Positions 18,917 to 27,990 of a DNA stretch of 64,000 bases are shown here, in pieces; position 1 is the stretch's first letter; the number at the start of each line of letters is the position of its first letter. The DNA is from a virus. A program made the position numbers and the translations under genes. Under the pieces are notes generated by a model that was not told the DNA's origin, ran no database searches, and was given only the letters and a program-made list of their open reading frames with translations. The stretch spans positions 41,470 through 105,469 of the IMG/VR virus record IMGVR_UViG_3300022391_000001; one strand, given 5' to 3'.

Positions 18917-20109
18917 CAGCCCTTCTTGCCGCCCTTCTTGCCGCCCTTGGCCTTAGTTTTGGCCTTGTCCTTGCCTTTGCCGCCGGAGATCCGATCCAAC
19001 TCGGCATCCAGCGCGTCCAGCCCCAAGTCGTCATCGTCCTGTTTCTTGGTCTTGGACACCACAACTTTCTTGCCCTGCTTCGGCGGCTTCACAGGCTCGG
19101 GCTCCGGCTCATCATCATCGTCGCCTTCATCGTCGCCTTCATCGTCGGCGTCGTCGTCGGCGTCGTCACCTTCATCGTCGTCGGCGTCGTCATCGTCGGC
19201 GTCGTCGGCGTCGTCATCGTCGGCGTCGTCATCGTCGGCGTCGTCGTCATCGTCGGCGTCGTTCTCATCGTCGTCATCGTCGGCGTCGTCGTTCTCATCG
19301 TCGTCGCCGTTCTCATCGTCGTCGTCACCAAAGGCATCATCGTCGGCGTCATCTAGCTTCACGCCAGAGATCATCGCCTGGATATCCTGTGGAGTCTTGA
19401 CCATGTTGGCGACCAGCTTAAACAGGTCGCAATCGCCATTCTCAGCCATCGCCTTCAGGATCTTCTTGCGCAGCTCCTTGGACAACTTCACAGGCTTCTT
19501 GAGGCTTTCGGTGTCAGCCTGGACCTTGTATTTGGTGTCATTCTTTCCGCGCCCTTCGCGGCTGATTCTGGCCAATATCGCGGCGTCTGGATCAGTGATG
19601 TCGCCGTTGTCAAAGAACAGCTCCATCAACCCCTCATACACCGTCTTGCCGCACATGAGCACGGCTGGTTTCTCCGGCAATTTCTGCCACGGCTCCGACT
19701 TGGCGCGACGATGCTTCAACGGCGTGACGCCCCACAGAAAACGAGACTGTGGACGAGCGTTGTCTGCCTCTTCATCGCTCAATTGACCCGTCCGAAGTGC
19801 TTCAGCCATCGGACACTCCGACGGGAGCTTGAAGCCCTTTTTCTTGCGCAAAAATGCCTTGACAAATGGATGCTTGATCACCGGGTTGGCGTCGGTGTCC
19901 AATGATACCACCATCCCGTTGTTCTTGCCCACCCCGAAGTGGACGGTGACGGGCACATAGTTGAGCCCGGCTGTGGGCGGGTGCTCATCGTCATCCCTAC
20001 AGGGAGGATGGATGTACACCAAAGTGTCCCCCTCGGGCGGAGCCCAGAAGTCCCCGCCGCGCTGCTGCGCCTCATAGCCCTTGCGCATACGCCCCATATC
20101 AACGGCCAT
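18916..20109 (-). CDS. putative single-stranded DNA-binding protein (gp32-like) with long acidic tract
   Basis: Next to recA; GDITDPD..I.ISREG.G..DTKYKV pattern; long Asp-rich C-terminal region. Confidence 0.7.
   Translation of the reverse strand: MAVDMGRMRKGYEAQQRGGDFWAPPEGDTLVYIHPPCRDDDEHPPTAGLNYVPVTVHFGVGKNNGMVVSLDTDANPVIKHPFVKAFLRKKKGFKLPSECPMAEALRTGQLSDEEADNARPQSRFLWGVTPLKHRRAKSEPWQKLPEKPAVLMCGKTVYEGLMELFFDNGDITDPDAAILARISREGRGKNDTKYKVQADTESLKKPVKLSKELRKKILKAMAENGDCDLFKLVANMVKTPQDIQAMISGVKLDDADDDAFGDDDDENGDDDENDDADDDDDENDADDDDDADDDDADDDDADDADDDDADDDEGDDADDDADDEGDDEGDDDDEPEPEPVKPPKQGKKVVVSKTKKQDDDDLGLDALDAELDRISGGKGKDKAKTKAKGGKKGGKKG
19110..19352. repeat. low-complexity GAC/GAT repeat encoding an Asp-rich tract
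   Basis: Imperfect tandem gtcgtcatcgtcggc units. Confidence 0.9.
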
Positions 20110-20158
20110 CACTCACTCTCCTTGAACTGGTGCTGATGTATTCAATCGTCCCGCAGCG

Positions 20159-20671
20159 CTATGCCCGGGCTTTTCTTTTCTGGTTGATTGCACGCATCGC
20201 TGATTCCGCGTGCGCCATATCAGGATTCTTGGCTGCCCTGGGGCGTGTAGACATGCCTGTGGCCTCCAGCTCCGCTCGGGCCATCGCGCCTTTGGATTGG
20301 AGCATATTGGCTTTGGTCCTGAATGCCTCATAGATGGCGCGGGTGAGTGTGACGTTGCGGGTGGCGGCGGCCAAGCTCTTTTTGATCGTCATGAAGCGAG
20401 GGTCCGCTTCAAGAGCCTGCCGCACCTTCCACTCCGACATCTTGCCGTCCGCTTCGATCATGGCAGCGCCGGTCTTGGCCCGCCAAGCCCGATACCACGC
20501 GTCAGCAGACTTCATCTCCGCTTCGGCTGCCGCCCAAACGGCTCCCCAGTATGCCATTTTGGCGGCGACCTGATCCATGTCTTTGCTCAGGTCGCCCACC
20601 TGCAACTCGACATCCACATTGATGGCGACCGATTGGCCGTCCACCTCGATATTGACTTCACCGAAGCTCAT
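20159..20671 (-). CDS. UvsY-like recombination mediator (helical)
   Basis: All-helical protein upstream of SSB and recA; AFRTKANMLQS pattern. Confidence 0.55.
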   Translation of the reverse strand: MSFGEVNIEVDGQSVAINVDVELQVGDLSKDMDQVAAKMAYWGAVWAAAEAEMKSADAWYRAWRAKTGAAMIEADGKMSEWKVRQALEADPRFMTIKKSLAAATRNVTLTRAIYEAFRTKANMLQSKGAMARAELEATGMSTRPRAAKNPDMAHAESAMRAINQKRKARA

Positions 20672-20672
20672 C

Positions 20673-21176
20673 TCAGCTCGCTTTCTTGACACCGCCAGAC
20701 GCTTTGCGCGGGCCACCCTTCGCCTTTGGCGCCGCTTTGGCTGCCTTGCTGACTTCCTTGGCTGCCTTTGCAGGCTCGGACTTGGGTTGTACCTCGGACT
20801 TCACCTCCGCCGGCTCAGTCTTATTGGGCTTCTTGCCCTTTGGTTTCTTGGTTCCAGACTTCTTGGCCTTTGGCTTCTCGGGTGCTTCAATCGGTAGCTT
20901 GGCATTCAGCCACTGCTTGGCACTCGCGTGTGCGGAGAAATTGAGCACCCACTTGTCACCGTAGGTGATAGAGCCACCCTCCAGGACTGGCGACGTGATC
21001 GTGCGGCCCTTCATGAGCTTGCGCTTGAACGTCCCAAACTTGTGGACTCGCAATTCAGTGCTCTTGGTCAGCAACTCCAACATGACTTCGAACGTCTTTT
21101 GAATTTGATCCTTGTGGACGCCAACCGCCTTGGCGATATCCGACACGCCCAAAATGACCTTTGTATCGTCTGACAT
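20673..21176 (-). CDS. HU/IHF-like DNA-binding protein with Lys/Ala-rich tail
   Basis: LRVHKFGTFKRK...RTITSP...LNFSA. Confidence 0.75.
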   Translation of the reverse strand: MSDDTKVILGVSDIAKAVGVHKDQIQKTFEVMLELLTKSTELRVHKFGTFKRKLMKGRTITSPVLEGGSITYGDKWVLNFSAHASAKQWLNAKLPIEAPEKPKAKKSGTKKPKGKKPNKTEPAEVKSEVQPKSEPAKAAKEVSKAAKAAPKAKGGPRKASGGVKKAS

Positions 21177-21206
21177 GATTCACCTCCTGTTTGTGTCTTT
21201 CCTGTC

Positions 21207-24200
21207 TTATGCAGCCCGCGCATGTTTGGCTGACTTTTTCAGGAGCTTGATCGCACCGTTGTTCAAGAAATATTGCCAACTTTTCCTGTCTTTCTTGCGA
21301 TCTAGCTGAATTCGGAGATGATTGCCCGCCTTGATGTGCTTCTTGGCACTCGCGTCCCATGCCGACGCAAAGCAGATCACATCGATGTAGTTGCCAATCC
21401 CGTCGATGATGCCAAAAAAGGCCATTTCATTGCTGTTCTTGTCGTACTTCAACCGCACATGGGTAATGACCCCGGTGAACCAACTGCTCAACCCGAGTTC
21501 AAAGAGCTGATTGGTGATCGCGCTGGCGCGAAGCGTCGTGACCACTTCGCCCTCCGCGCCCTTGTATTTGATCTGCTTGTCGGCCCAAGGGTAGGACACC
21601 GACGGGTGCTGGCCTGCTATGATGCGCTCCCAGACAGTCAGCGGTGCCCCCTCGTTCACCTTCTTGCGGTACACTTCCAGATCCAATAGGAAATGGGCGC
21701 GCAAATTCTCATACCGCGCATTGGCCGACGCGTGAACCACCACCGGGGTCCCAACGCCCGCGTCAACCACCTCACGGAAGTCATCAAAGATGTCAAAGTC
21801 AACCTTGATCCGGTTCTGCTTCCCGCCGACATCCTCCACGTTGACATTCGCATACCTCGCTCCCCAGAACATGTCCCGCCGCTCTTCAGCAGACGGAAGC
21901 TCCCCTGTGTGAAAGTCCCCCACCTGGTTGTACTTCACCTCCACAACAACGCCGACGATGAACACTCCGGCTCCGTCGTTGTTCACCCAAAAGTCTTCAT
22001 CGCTCATGGCGGCGATTGGAACCTTGATGTTCTTGGAGATGAAGTCCCCGTATGCATCAACTGGATGCTTCCCAAAGGCCAGAGGGTTGACCTGGGACGC
22101 GATCAACTGCCGCTCTTCATCGGCATAGTCGGGCTCCGCCGCCCATTGCTTCAGAAGCTCCCGAAGCCCCTCCTTGTCCTTCTTGTTGTACACCTTCCAG
22201 AAGTCTTCAATGCCCTCGATGAACTGCTTGATATTGGGCAACATCTCATCGAGCGCTCCCGCGCGGGCCAGCGCCAAGACCACGCCCTTGTGACACTTGC
22301 GCCGGTCCACGCGGGCAAGGAAGTCAAACAGCCCCTTGTAAGGTTGATTCTCCATGATCGTTGTCGCCGCCGCTTCACCAACACCCTTGATGTCAACCAA
22401 ACTCCCCCGGATGGCCCTGCGTCCCGAGTCAATTGCAAACTGCTTCTTGGACATCGACACAGAGGGTGGCAGCAGCTCGATGTCGTGGCGCTTGACATCC
22501 TTTGCGATCTGCTGGATGCGGAGCCGCTGCGGCTCGTTCTTGAGCAGCGCCCAGTAGAATTCAAGCGGATACTTCCGCTTGAGCCACATCCCCCAATAGG
22601 CGATAACTGCATAACATACAGCGTGAGAGCGGTTGAATCCATAGCTGTTGTGTGATTGAAAATATTGAGGATTTGCACCTTTGGAACAGACCAAATAGTT
22701 GGCTAATTCACCACCGTGCTCACACTCGATGTCCCACATCGACTCCACGCCGATATCTCGGACTTCAACCACAACGGCGGAGCTTCCCAACGCCAACATC
22801 CTCACGCCCGGATACAGATCATTGGCTTTCATCCACCCTTTGTCGGTATTCCACCAATGATCTGGAGAGCAAGCAAGAGTCTGGCCGCCTGTGAGCTTGA
22901 TGTCGAATTGCCGACGCACGCCCGTCCTAGCAACCGTCTTGACTCTGTTTTCGGTTGGCCGCCCCTCGGAATCCAAGGACACGATTGAATCGCCTGGCTT
23001 CAAGTCGCTGATTGCTTTCGTTTCAGCCTGTAACTCCGAGAATAATGCATCGAACACATGTTCTTGCTGTATGTGACTCTGCCGCACCCCAAATAAATGC
23101 ATATCGGCTCTTGCCGTTTTGAGCCCTTCAGATGATAGGATGTGTGCGGCCCTCGTGCTGTTATCTCCAGATTGTCCAGAGTGTTGTTCGTCGTGTCGCC
23201 GTCGATATGATGCACCATCTCTCTGGACAACAGCTTCCGACCAATCATCTTTTCCATGGCCACTCTGTGCTCCAGCTCCCAGCCATTCTCCGTCTTGATC
23301 GTCAAGTAACCATTCTGCTTCCCCTTGTCGCCAATTTTCTTCTTGCAAGTTGGCGCGCCGCGCTCCGTTGTCAACTCTAAATTGTCGATGTCGTTGTTCA
23401 TCGGATCGCCGTCCTTGTGGATCACTTGCTCCCGATTTGTCAACCGCCGGCCTATCTTCTGCTCCATGAGCCATCGATGCTCTCTCACCCATCCCCTCTT
23501 TGTCTTCACATCCATGTATTTGCCGTCGCGTCGGCGGCTCCCTATTGGCTTGGCTTTCGGCATCCTCTTGACTCCCGTTGTCGTTTCGTTTAGCTTCTAA
23601 CGAAACGACAACGCAAGAACAAGAGGGCAAACAACCAAAAAAAGTTATCGCGTCCATCACCCGCCCAGCGGTCTTGGCGTCCATACCGCAAGTTGCCTTC
23701 GCGCCCTCGATGAAATTTTGACGCTCCTTGCCAATAGTCTCGTCGCCCCACTTCTTTGCGATCTTTTTCCTGAGTGAGTCAGCGGTGGCCGGAGGGAACC
23801 CGGCGACCTGTGTGAAAATCTTCAGCACATGCTCCTGGTACACGATGATCCCGAGGGTGTCCTTGGTGATCTCATCTACCAACGGGTGGCCAAAGGCTGA
23901 CTTCTTGATCAGCTTCGGGTCCTTTTTGCGCGCCACGTACTGGGTGGCCAAGCCCGAGCGTGCGGTGCCCGGTCGATTCAGCGCTGTCATCGCAGCGATG
24001 TCTTCAAAGTTGTTGAACTCAACGCCTGAGCAAATCTTGTCGGCGCCCGGGGAATCGTATTGGAAGATCCCCACATAGTCATGGTCTGTGAACCCCTGGA
24101 GCACATCAGGCTCGTTGAGGTCCAACTTCTCCAAGTCGATGTCCACCCCGTGCCGCTCCTTGATCGCCTTCACGCAGTCGTTCAACACGGTCAGAGTCCG

Positions 24201-26078
24201 GAGCCCGAGCACATCGAGTTTAAGCAGCCCCATCGCCGCCACGCCATACATGTCGATGGCGCTGACCACGACATCCTTGCCCTCGTGCTTCCGGATCTCC
24301 AATGGAACCAGATCCGTGAGCGGCACCGGTGATGTAATCACCCCGGCGGCGTGTATGCCGAGGGTCTTGGCCATCCCCTCCAGCCGCTTGGCGTGACGGA
24401 GCACGTCTGGATACTTCGCGTTGAATTCCTGACACACCTTGAATTCAGCGAAGCTGTCCTCAATGGTCTGGCTGGCCCGCTCATCGCCGCTGCTCCGCTC
24501 GATGATCGAAGCGGTGACCGCGTTCACCTCGGCATAGGGCACGTCCAGGACTCGGGACACATCCTTCAGGCACTGCTTCCCTGACAGTTTACCCACTGTC
24601 GCGATCTGACACACCTTGTCGGCGCCATACTTCTCACGCAAGTGGTCGATGATCTCCTGGCGACGCACATCCTCAAAGTCCATGTCGATGTCGGGCATGT
24701 CGATACGACTGGGTGAGATGAACCGCTCAAAGATCAACCCGTGCTCGATGGGGTCCACGGAGGTGATGCCCAGCAGGAATGAGACGATTGAACCGGCGGC
24801 GGAGCCCCGCCCTGGCCCGCAGGCGATGTTCTGGCGTCGCACCCAATCATACAAGTCTCGGACCAGCAGGAAGTAACCGATGAACCTCTGCCGCTTGAGC
24901 GCCCCCAATTCCATCTTCAGACGGTCCCGGTAGATGGCGACGGCTTGGGCCGGCGGCATCTTCATCCGGCGGGCATAGGCGGCTGCCCGGCTCGGGATAT
25001 CCCGCCAGCTCCAACCTCCGATGCACAGCTCTTTCAGGTACTGATACTGCTGTGCATCTGTGGCGTCATATCCGCCATATTCACTCGGGAGCCGAAGCGC
25101 CGGCATCAAGCACGCGAAGCGGTCGATGTTGATGATCTTCGGCTCGATCATGCTATTGAACAGCAGAGTGTTGTCCAATGCCTCCTTGATGACCTTGTCA
25201 GACATGAATTCATGGTTATCTTGGAAGGCTGTCTTCATCTCCGCCCGAGTCCGGAGGTGAAACTCATTGTTGCCGAAGCGGAACCTGTCTGGGTTGGACA
25301 TCCTGTCCCCGGTCCCGATACAGAGCATCACCTCGTGGGCGTCGGCATCCTTCTGGTCGACATAGTGGGCGTCTTGCGTCGCCAACAGGCGTGCGTGCTT
25401 GCCCCAACGCTCCCGGAGATCCAATGCGAATTGGTTGGCCAACCGTTGATCGTCGATGGCGTGCGGTTGCACCTCCAGCCAGAGGTCTTCACCGAAGCGC
25501 TCCCGCAGCTTCTCGGCGTCGGCCAATGCCATCCGCTTCTTGCCCGTCGCAACCCGGTCGTTGATCGGCGATGACAAGCAACCGGTGGCAACCGCCAATC
25601 CGTCGCCGTGTTCCATCAGCGCCTTGAGGTCGATGCGCGGCTTGTAGTAGAATCCCTCTGTCCAGCCCATCGTGGACAGCCGATACAAGTTGCGGAGCCC
25701 TTCGGCGTTCTTGGCCCAGACGGTGATGTGCCACCGGTCCCGGATCCCCCAGTGCTCCTCATACCCCTTGACGGCGTTCTTGGCGTCGGCGCGATTCATC
25801 CCCTGGGTGATCTCCGCCCGCTCTTCAGGCGTGATCCCCTTGCGATGCATGTCCATCGCGACATAGAATTCAATCCCGTATATGGGCTTGACGCCGTGCT
25901 CCTGGCACTCCAACAGCTGCTGGTAATATCCGCGCATCGTGCCGTGGTCGGTGATCGCGATGGCTGGCGCTCCGCGCTCCTTGGTCGCCTTGACATAGTC
26001 GGCGACCTTGCCGCAACCGTCCAATTGGCTCATATCCGCGTGTACGTGCAAGTGGACAAAGTCTTCAGCCTTTGACAC
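21207..26078 (-). CDS. dnaE: DNA polymerase III alpha subunit, intein-containing
   Basis: PHP HLHVH and ITDHG, GRGSAAGS, MPDIDMDF, LLKLDVLGL, YQE, YGFNRSHA. Confidence 0.96.
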   Translation of the reverse strand: MSKAEDFVHLHVHADMSQLDGCGKVADYVKATKERGAPAIAITDHGTMRGYYQQLLECQEHGVKPIYGIEFYVAMDMHRKGITPEERAEITQGMNRADAKNAVKGYEEHWGIRDRWHITVWAKNAEGLRNLYRLSTMGWTEGFYYKPRIDLKALMEHGDGLAVATGCLSSPINDRVATGKKRMALADAEKLRERFGEDLWLEVQPHAIDDQRLANQFALDLRERWGKHARLLATQDAHYVDQKDADAHEVMLCIGTGDRMSNPDRFRFGNNEFHLRTRAEMKTAFQDNHEFMSDKVIKEALDNTLLFNSMIEPKIINIDRFACLMPALRLPSEYGGYDATDAQQYQYLKELCIGGWSWRDIPSRAAAYARRMKMPPAQAVAIYRDRLKMELGALKRQRFIGYFLLVRDLYDWVRRQNIACGPGRGSAAGSIVSFLLGITSVDPIEHGLIFERFISPSRIDMPDIDMDFEDVRRQEIIDHLREKYGADKVCQIATVGKLSGKQCLKDVSRVLDVPYAEVNAVTASIIERSSGDERASQTIEDSFAEFKVCQEFNAKYPDVLRHAKRLEGMAKTLGIHAAGVITSPVPLTDLVPLEIRKHEGKDVVVSAIDMYGVAAMGLLKLDVLGLRTLTVLNDCVKAIKERHGVDIDLEKLDLNEPDVLQGFTDHDYVGIFQYDSPGADKICSGVEFNNFEDIAAMTALNRPGTARSGLATQYVARKKDPKLIKKSAFGHPLVDEITKDTLGIIVYQEHVLKIFTQVAGFPPATADSLRKKIAKKWGDETIGKERQNFIEGAKATCGMDAKTAGRVMDAITFFGCLPSCSCVVVSLEAKRNDNGSQEDAESQANREPPTRRQIHGCEDKEGMGERASMAHGAEDRPAVDKSGASDPQGRRSDEQRHRQFRVDNGARRANLQEENWRQGEAEWLLDDQDGEWLGAGAQSGHGKDDWSEAVVQRDGASYRRRHDEQHSGQSGDNSTRAAHILSSEGLKTARADMHLFGVRQSHIQQEHVFDALFSELQAETKAISDLKPGDSIVSLDSEGRPTENRVKTVARTGVRRQFDIKLTGGQTLACSPDHWWNTDKGWMKANDLYPGVRMLALGSSAVVVEVRDIGVESMWDIECEHGGELANYLVCSKGANPQYFQSHNSYGFNRSHAVCYAVIAYWGMWLKRKYPLEFYWALLKNEPQRLRIQQIAKDVKRHDIELLPPSVSMSKKQFAIDSGRRAIRGSLVDIKGVGEAAATTIMENQPYKGLFDFLARVDRRKCHKGVVLALARAGALDEMLPNIKQFIEGIEDFWKVYNKKDKEGLRELLKQWAAEPDYADEERQLIASQVNPLAFGKHPVDAYGDFISKNIKVPIAAMSDEDFWVNNDGAGVFIVGVVVEVKYNQVGDFHTGELPSAEERRDMFWGARYANVNVEDVGGKQNRIKVDFDIFDDFREVVDAGVGTPVVVHASANARYENLRAHFLLDLEVYRKKVNEGAPLTVWERIIAGQHPSVSYPWADKQIKYKGAEGEVVTTLRASAITNQLFELGLSSWFTGVITHVRLKYDKNSNEMAFFGIIDGIGNYIDVICFASAWDASAKKHIKAGNHLRIQLDRKKDRKSWQYFLNNGAIKLLKKSAKHARAA
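23000..23563 (-). CDS. double-HNH homing endonuclease in the +1 frame inside the intein
   Basis: Two repeats: EHRWLME..VIHKDGDPMNNDIDNL and EHRVAME..VHHIDGDTTNNTLDNL; C-terminal C..GC...CSMHY; GGAG RBS 8 nt upstream. Confidence 0.9.
   Translation of the reverse strand: MPKAKPIGSRRRDGKYMDVKTKRGWVREHRWLMEQKIGRRLTNREQVIHKDGDPMNNDIDNLELTTERGAPTCKKKIGDKGKQNGYLTIKTENGWELEHRVAMEKMIGRKLLSREMVHHIDGDTTNNTLDNLEITARGPHTSYHLKGSKRQEPICIYLGCGRVTYSKNMCSMHYSRSYRLKRKQSAT
23576..23613. promoter_or_regulatory. perfect 15-bp inverted repeat abutting the HNH RBS
   Basis: cgttgtcgtttcgtt-tagcttct-aacgaaacgacaacg. Confidence 0.75.
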
Positions 26079-26128
26079 CCGATCCCTCCAATCGGCGGCG
26101 TGTATATCCTACCAAACCACTCGGACGT

Positions 26129-26716
26129 TTATTCGCCCAACCTTGATAGGACTGCGCGCGCCGCGTCGCCTTTGACCACGTTGGTGGTTGTGATATGGCA
26201 CTTTGGAACCGTGATGGAGCGCTCGAACATCAGCGTGAACAGCCGGTCCAGTGTTCTCCAATCGGCCTGCGATGGGAACCACCTCCCCTCGCAGCGCCGC
26301 TTACAAACGTCATAGGCGGCGGTCATCCAAACGTACAGCACATCGCCGCCCTGCTGTGTCATCAGCTCCTGCCAGAATCCCACCAATTTGCGGCTCGCAG
26401 ACAGGTCCTTGTAGTAACCATCCAGATGGTTGTGAAGCACACCATAGGCGACAGCGGAGGGCAGCGAGCGGTCCAATATGACGTTTGCTCGGAGGGTGCC
26501 TAGCAGGTCTGCCGTGAAAAGATCCTCGATGTGGCAGTTCAGAGGTATCCGGAAGTCATCCCTGAGCACTCGCTCCGCGTCGCCCTCGTGCCCCCAATGC
26601 AGATCGGAGTTGCCCCGCCTGAACGGCCGATACACCGGCCATTCAAGCCACTGCGACAGCTCCTGGGCACAAGATGACTTGCCAGTCCCGTTGAGCCCCT
26701 CCAATATGATGATCAC
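26129..26716 (-). CDS. dNMP kinase-like P-loop protein
   Basis: IIILEGLNGTGKS, ILDRS; GTGA overlap with the aminotransferase. Confidence 0.8.
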   Translation of the reverse strand: MIIILEGLNGTGKSSCAQELSQWLEWPVYRPFRRGNSDLHWGHEGDAERVLRDDFRIPLNCHIEDLFTADLLGTLRANVILDRSLPSAVAYGVLHNHLDGYYKDLSASRKLVGFWQELMTQQGGDVLYVWMTAAYDVCKRRCEGRWFPSQADWRTLDRLFTLMFERSITVPKCHITTTNVVKGDAARAVLSRLGE

Positions 26717-27990
26717 AGAGCCAACCCCTTGTGAACAGCATCCACCGCTGCCAATGCCCAAGCCAGATCATTCTCCGGGATGGTCAGCGGCGGTGTGAAT
26801 CGGATAGGCCCGAATTGCCGATGCGTGGCAAACAACAATCCGACTTCCCGCGCCCGATGGATGAACTGAAAACCGTCATATCCATAGGTGTGAAAGTCGG
26901 GCGTGAAGGCGTTGAGCATCCCGAAACCATCGACGCTGGCCACCCAATCATAGCCACCCAACACCGTCCGGATCATCTCCCCCCGTTTACGCACCATCGG
27001 CAAATTGGCATCCAACCATCTGAACATCTCCGCTGCCATGTGACAGACAAAGGGCGAGCCCCCGAAGGTGTTGAAGTGGACTCCTGGAGTGAACGCCTTG
27101 GCGACATCCTCCGACGCCAGCATACAGCTCATCGGGAAACCCATGGCCAAGCCCTTGGCCAGCGTCATGATGTCGGGCTTGACTCTGATCTTCGGGTGCT
27201 GCCACGTGGCGTGATAGCCCGCGCGTCCCGAGCCCGCTTGCACATCGTCATAGATGAGCAGGAAACTGTGCTGCTTGCGTATCCTGGCCAACTCTTGCCA
27301 GAATGCAGGCGGATATGTGTGCACAGTGTTGTTGCCCAAGACGGGTGCGAGAATGACGGCGGCGACTGTGTCCCAATCTGGCGCCTTGGGCTCGTGCTCG
27401 GCGCCGTCTGTAACCACCTGTTGGAGCACCAACTCATCTTCACGCCATCTAGGGTCCAGGACTCCGAAGCCAGCAGCGATGGGCCCAAACCCGTGGCGGT
27501 GATATGGACTGACTCGGAAGTCCCCGGCGGCGAGACTCAGACCGGTGCGCCCATGGAAGTTGCCTTCCATCGTCAAGATGCGGCGCCGCTCTTCATGCCC
27601 CCGGTCCCACCAATACTTGCGCGCAATCTTGATGGCTGCCTCGTTGGCTTCAGTCCCGCTGTTGGAAAAGAAGATCCTGTCCATCTCCGTGCGCTGGCAA
27701 ATCAGCTCCGCCGCTTCCCAGCGCGTTGGATTGGGATAGATGTCAGGGAGCTGGTGCGGAGCCCCGGTGCCAAAGAATTTGAACACCGCCTGAAGAACCT
27801 CCGGCGTGTTGTAGCCCAGCGCGCAGACACCCTCATCCCCCCAGAAATCCAAAAGGCGTTGTTGCTTCTCAACATCCTTGACGGCACTTCCGGCTGCCGA
27901 TTCAACCGTTATCGGCAGCCGTACCACGTTGTTCATCAGACGGCCGTTGTACTTCTCGGTGTTGACCGTCGTGTCCTCATTCTGGTTCAT
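26713..27990 (-). CDS. class III PLP-dependent aminotransferase (ArgD-like, divergent)
   Basis: FSNSGTEANEAAIK, FHGRT, DDVQAGSGR, DIMTLAKG, NTFGG, RFTPPL. Confidence 0.92.
   Translation of the reverse strand: MNQNEDTTVNTEKYNGRLMNNVVRLPITVESAAGSAVKDVEKQQRLLDFWGDEGVCALGYNTPEVLQAVFKFFGTGAPHQLPDIYPNPTRWEAAELICQRTEMDRIFFSNSGTEANEAAIKIARKYWWDRGHEERRRILTMEGNFHGRTGLSLAAGDFRVSPYHRHGFGPIAAGFGVLDPRWREDELVLQQVVTDGAEHEPKAPDWDTVAAVILAPVLGNNTVHTYPPAFWQELARIRKQHSFLLIYDDVQAGSGRAGYHATWQHPKIRVKPDIMTLAKGLAMGFPMSCMLASEDVAKAFTPGVHFNTFGGSPFVCHMAAEMFRWLDANLPMVRKRGEMIRTVLGGYDWVASVDGFGMLNAFTPDFHTYGYDGFQFIHRAREVGLLFATHRQFGPIRFTPPLTIPENDLAWALAAVDAVHKGLAL

Larger units (their letters stand above)
22647..23633 (-). mobile_element. 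intein (329 aa) in DnaE
   Basis: FFG|CLP...; KAISDLKPGD; block B CSPDH; MWDIEC; ...SHN|SYGFN. Lower GC than the flanks. Confidence 0.92.

Noticed and set aside
23564-23643. Programmed frameshift at the U7 run (ACT TTT TTT GGT) fusing DnaE to the HNH
   Set aside because: The hairpin is about 23 nt from the run, too far for a typical stimulator, and the +1 frame has a TAG before the HNH ATG. Independent initiation is more plausible.
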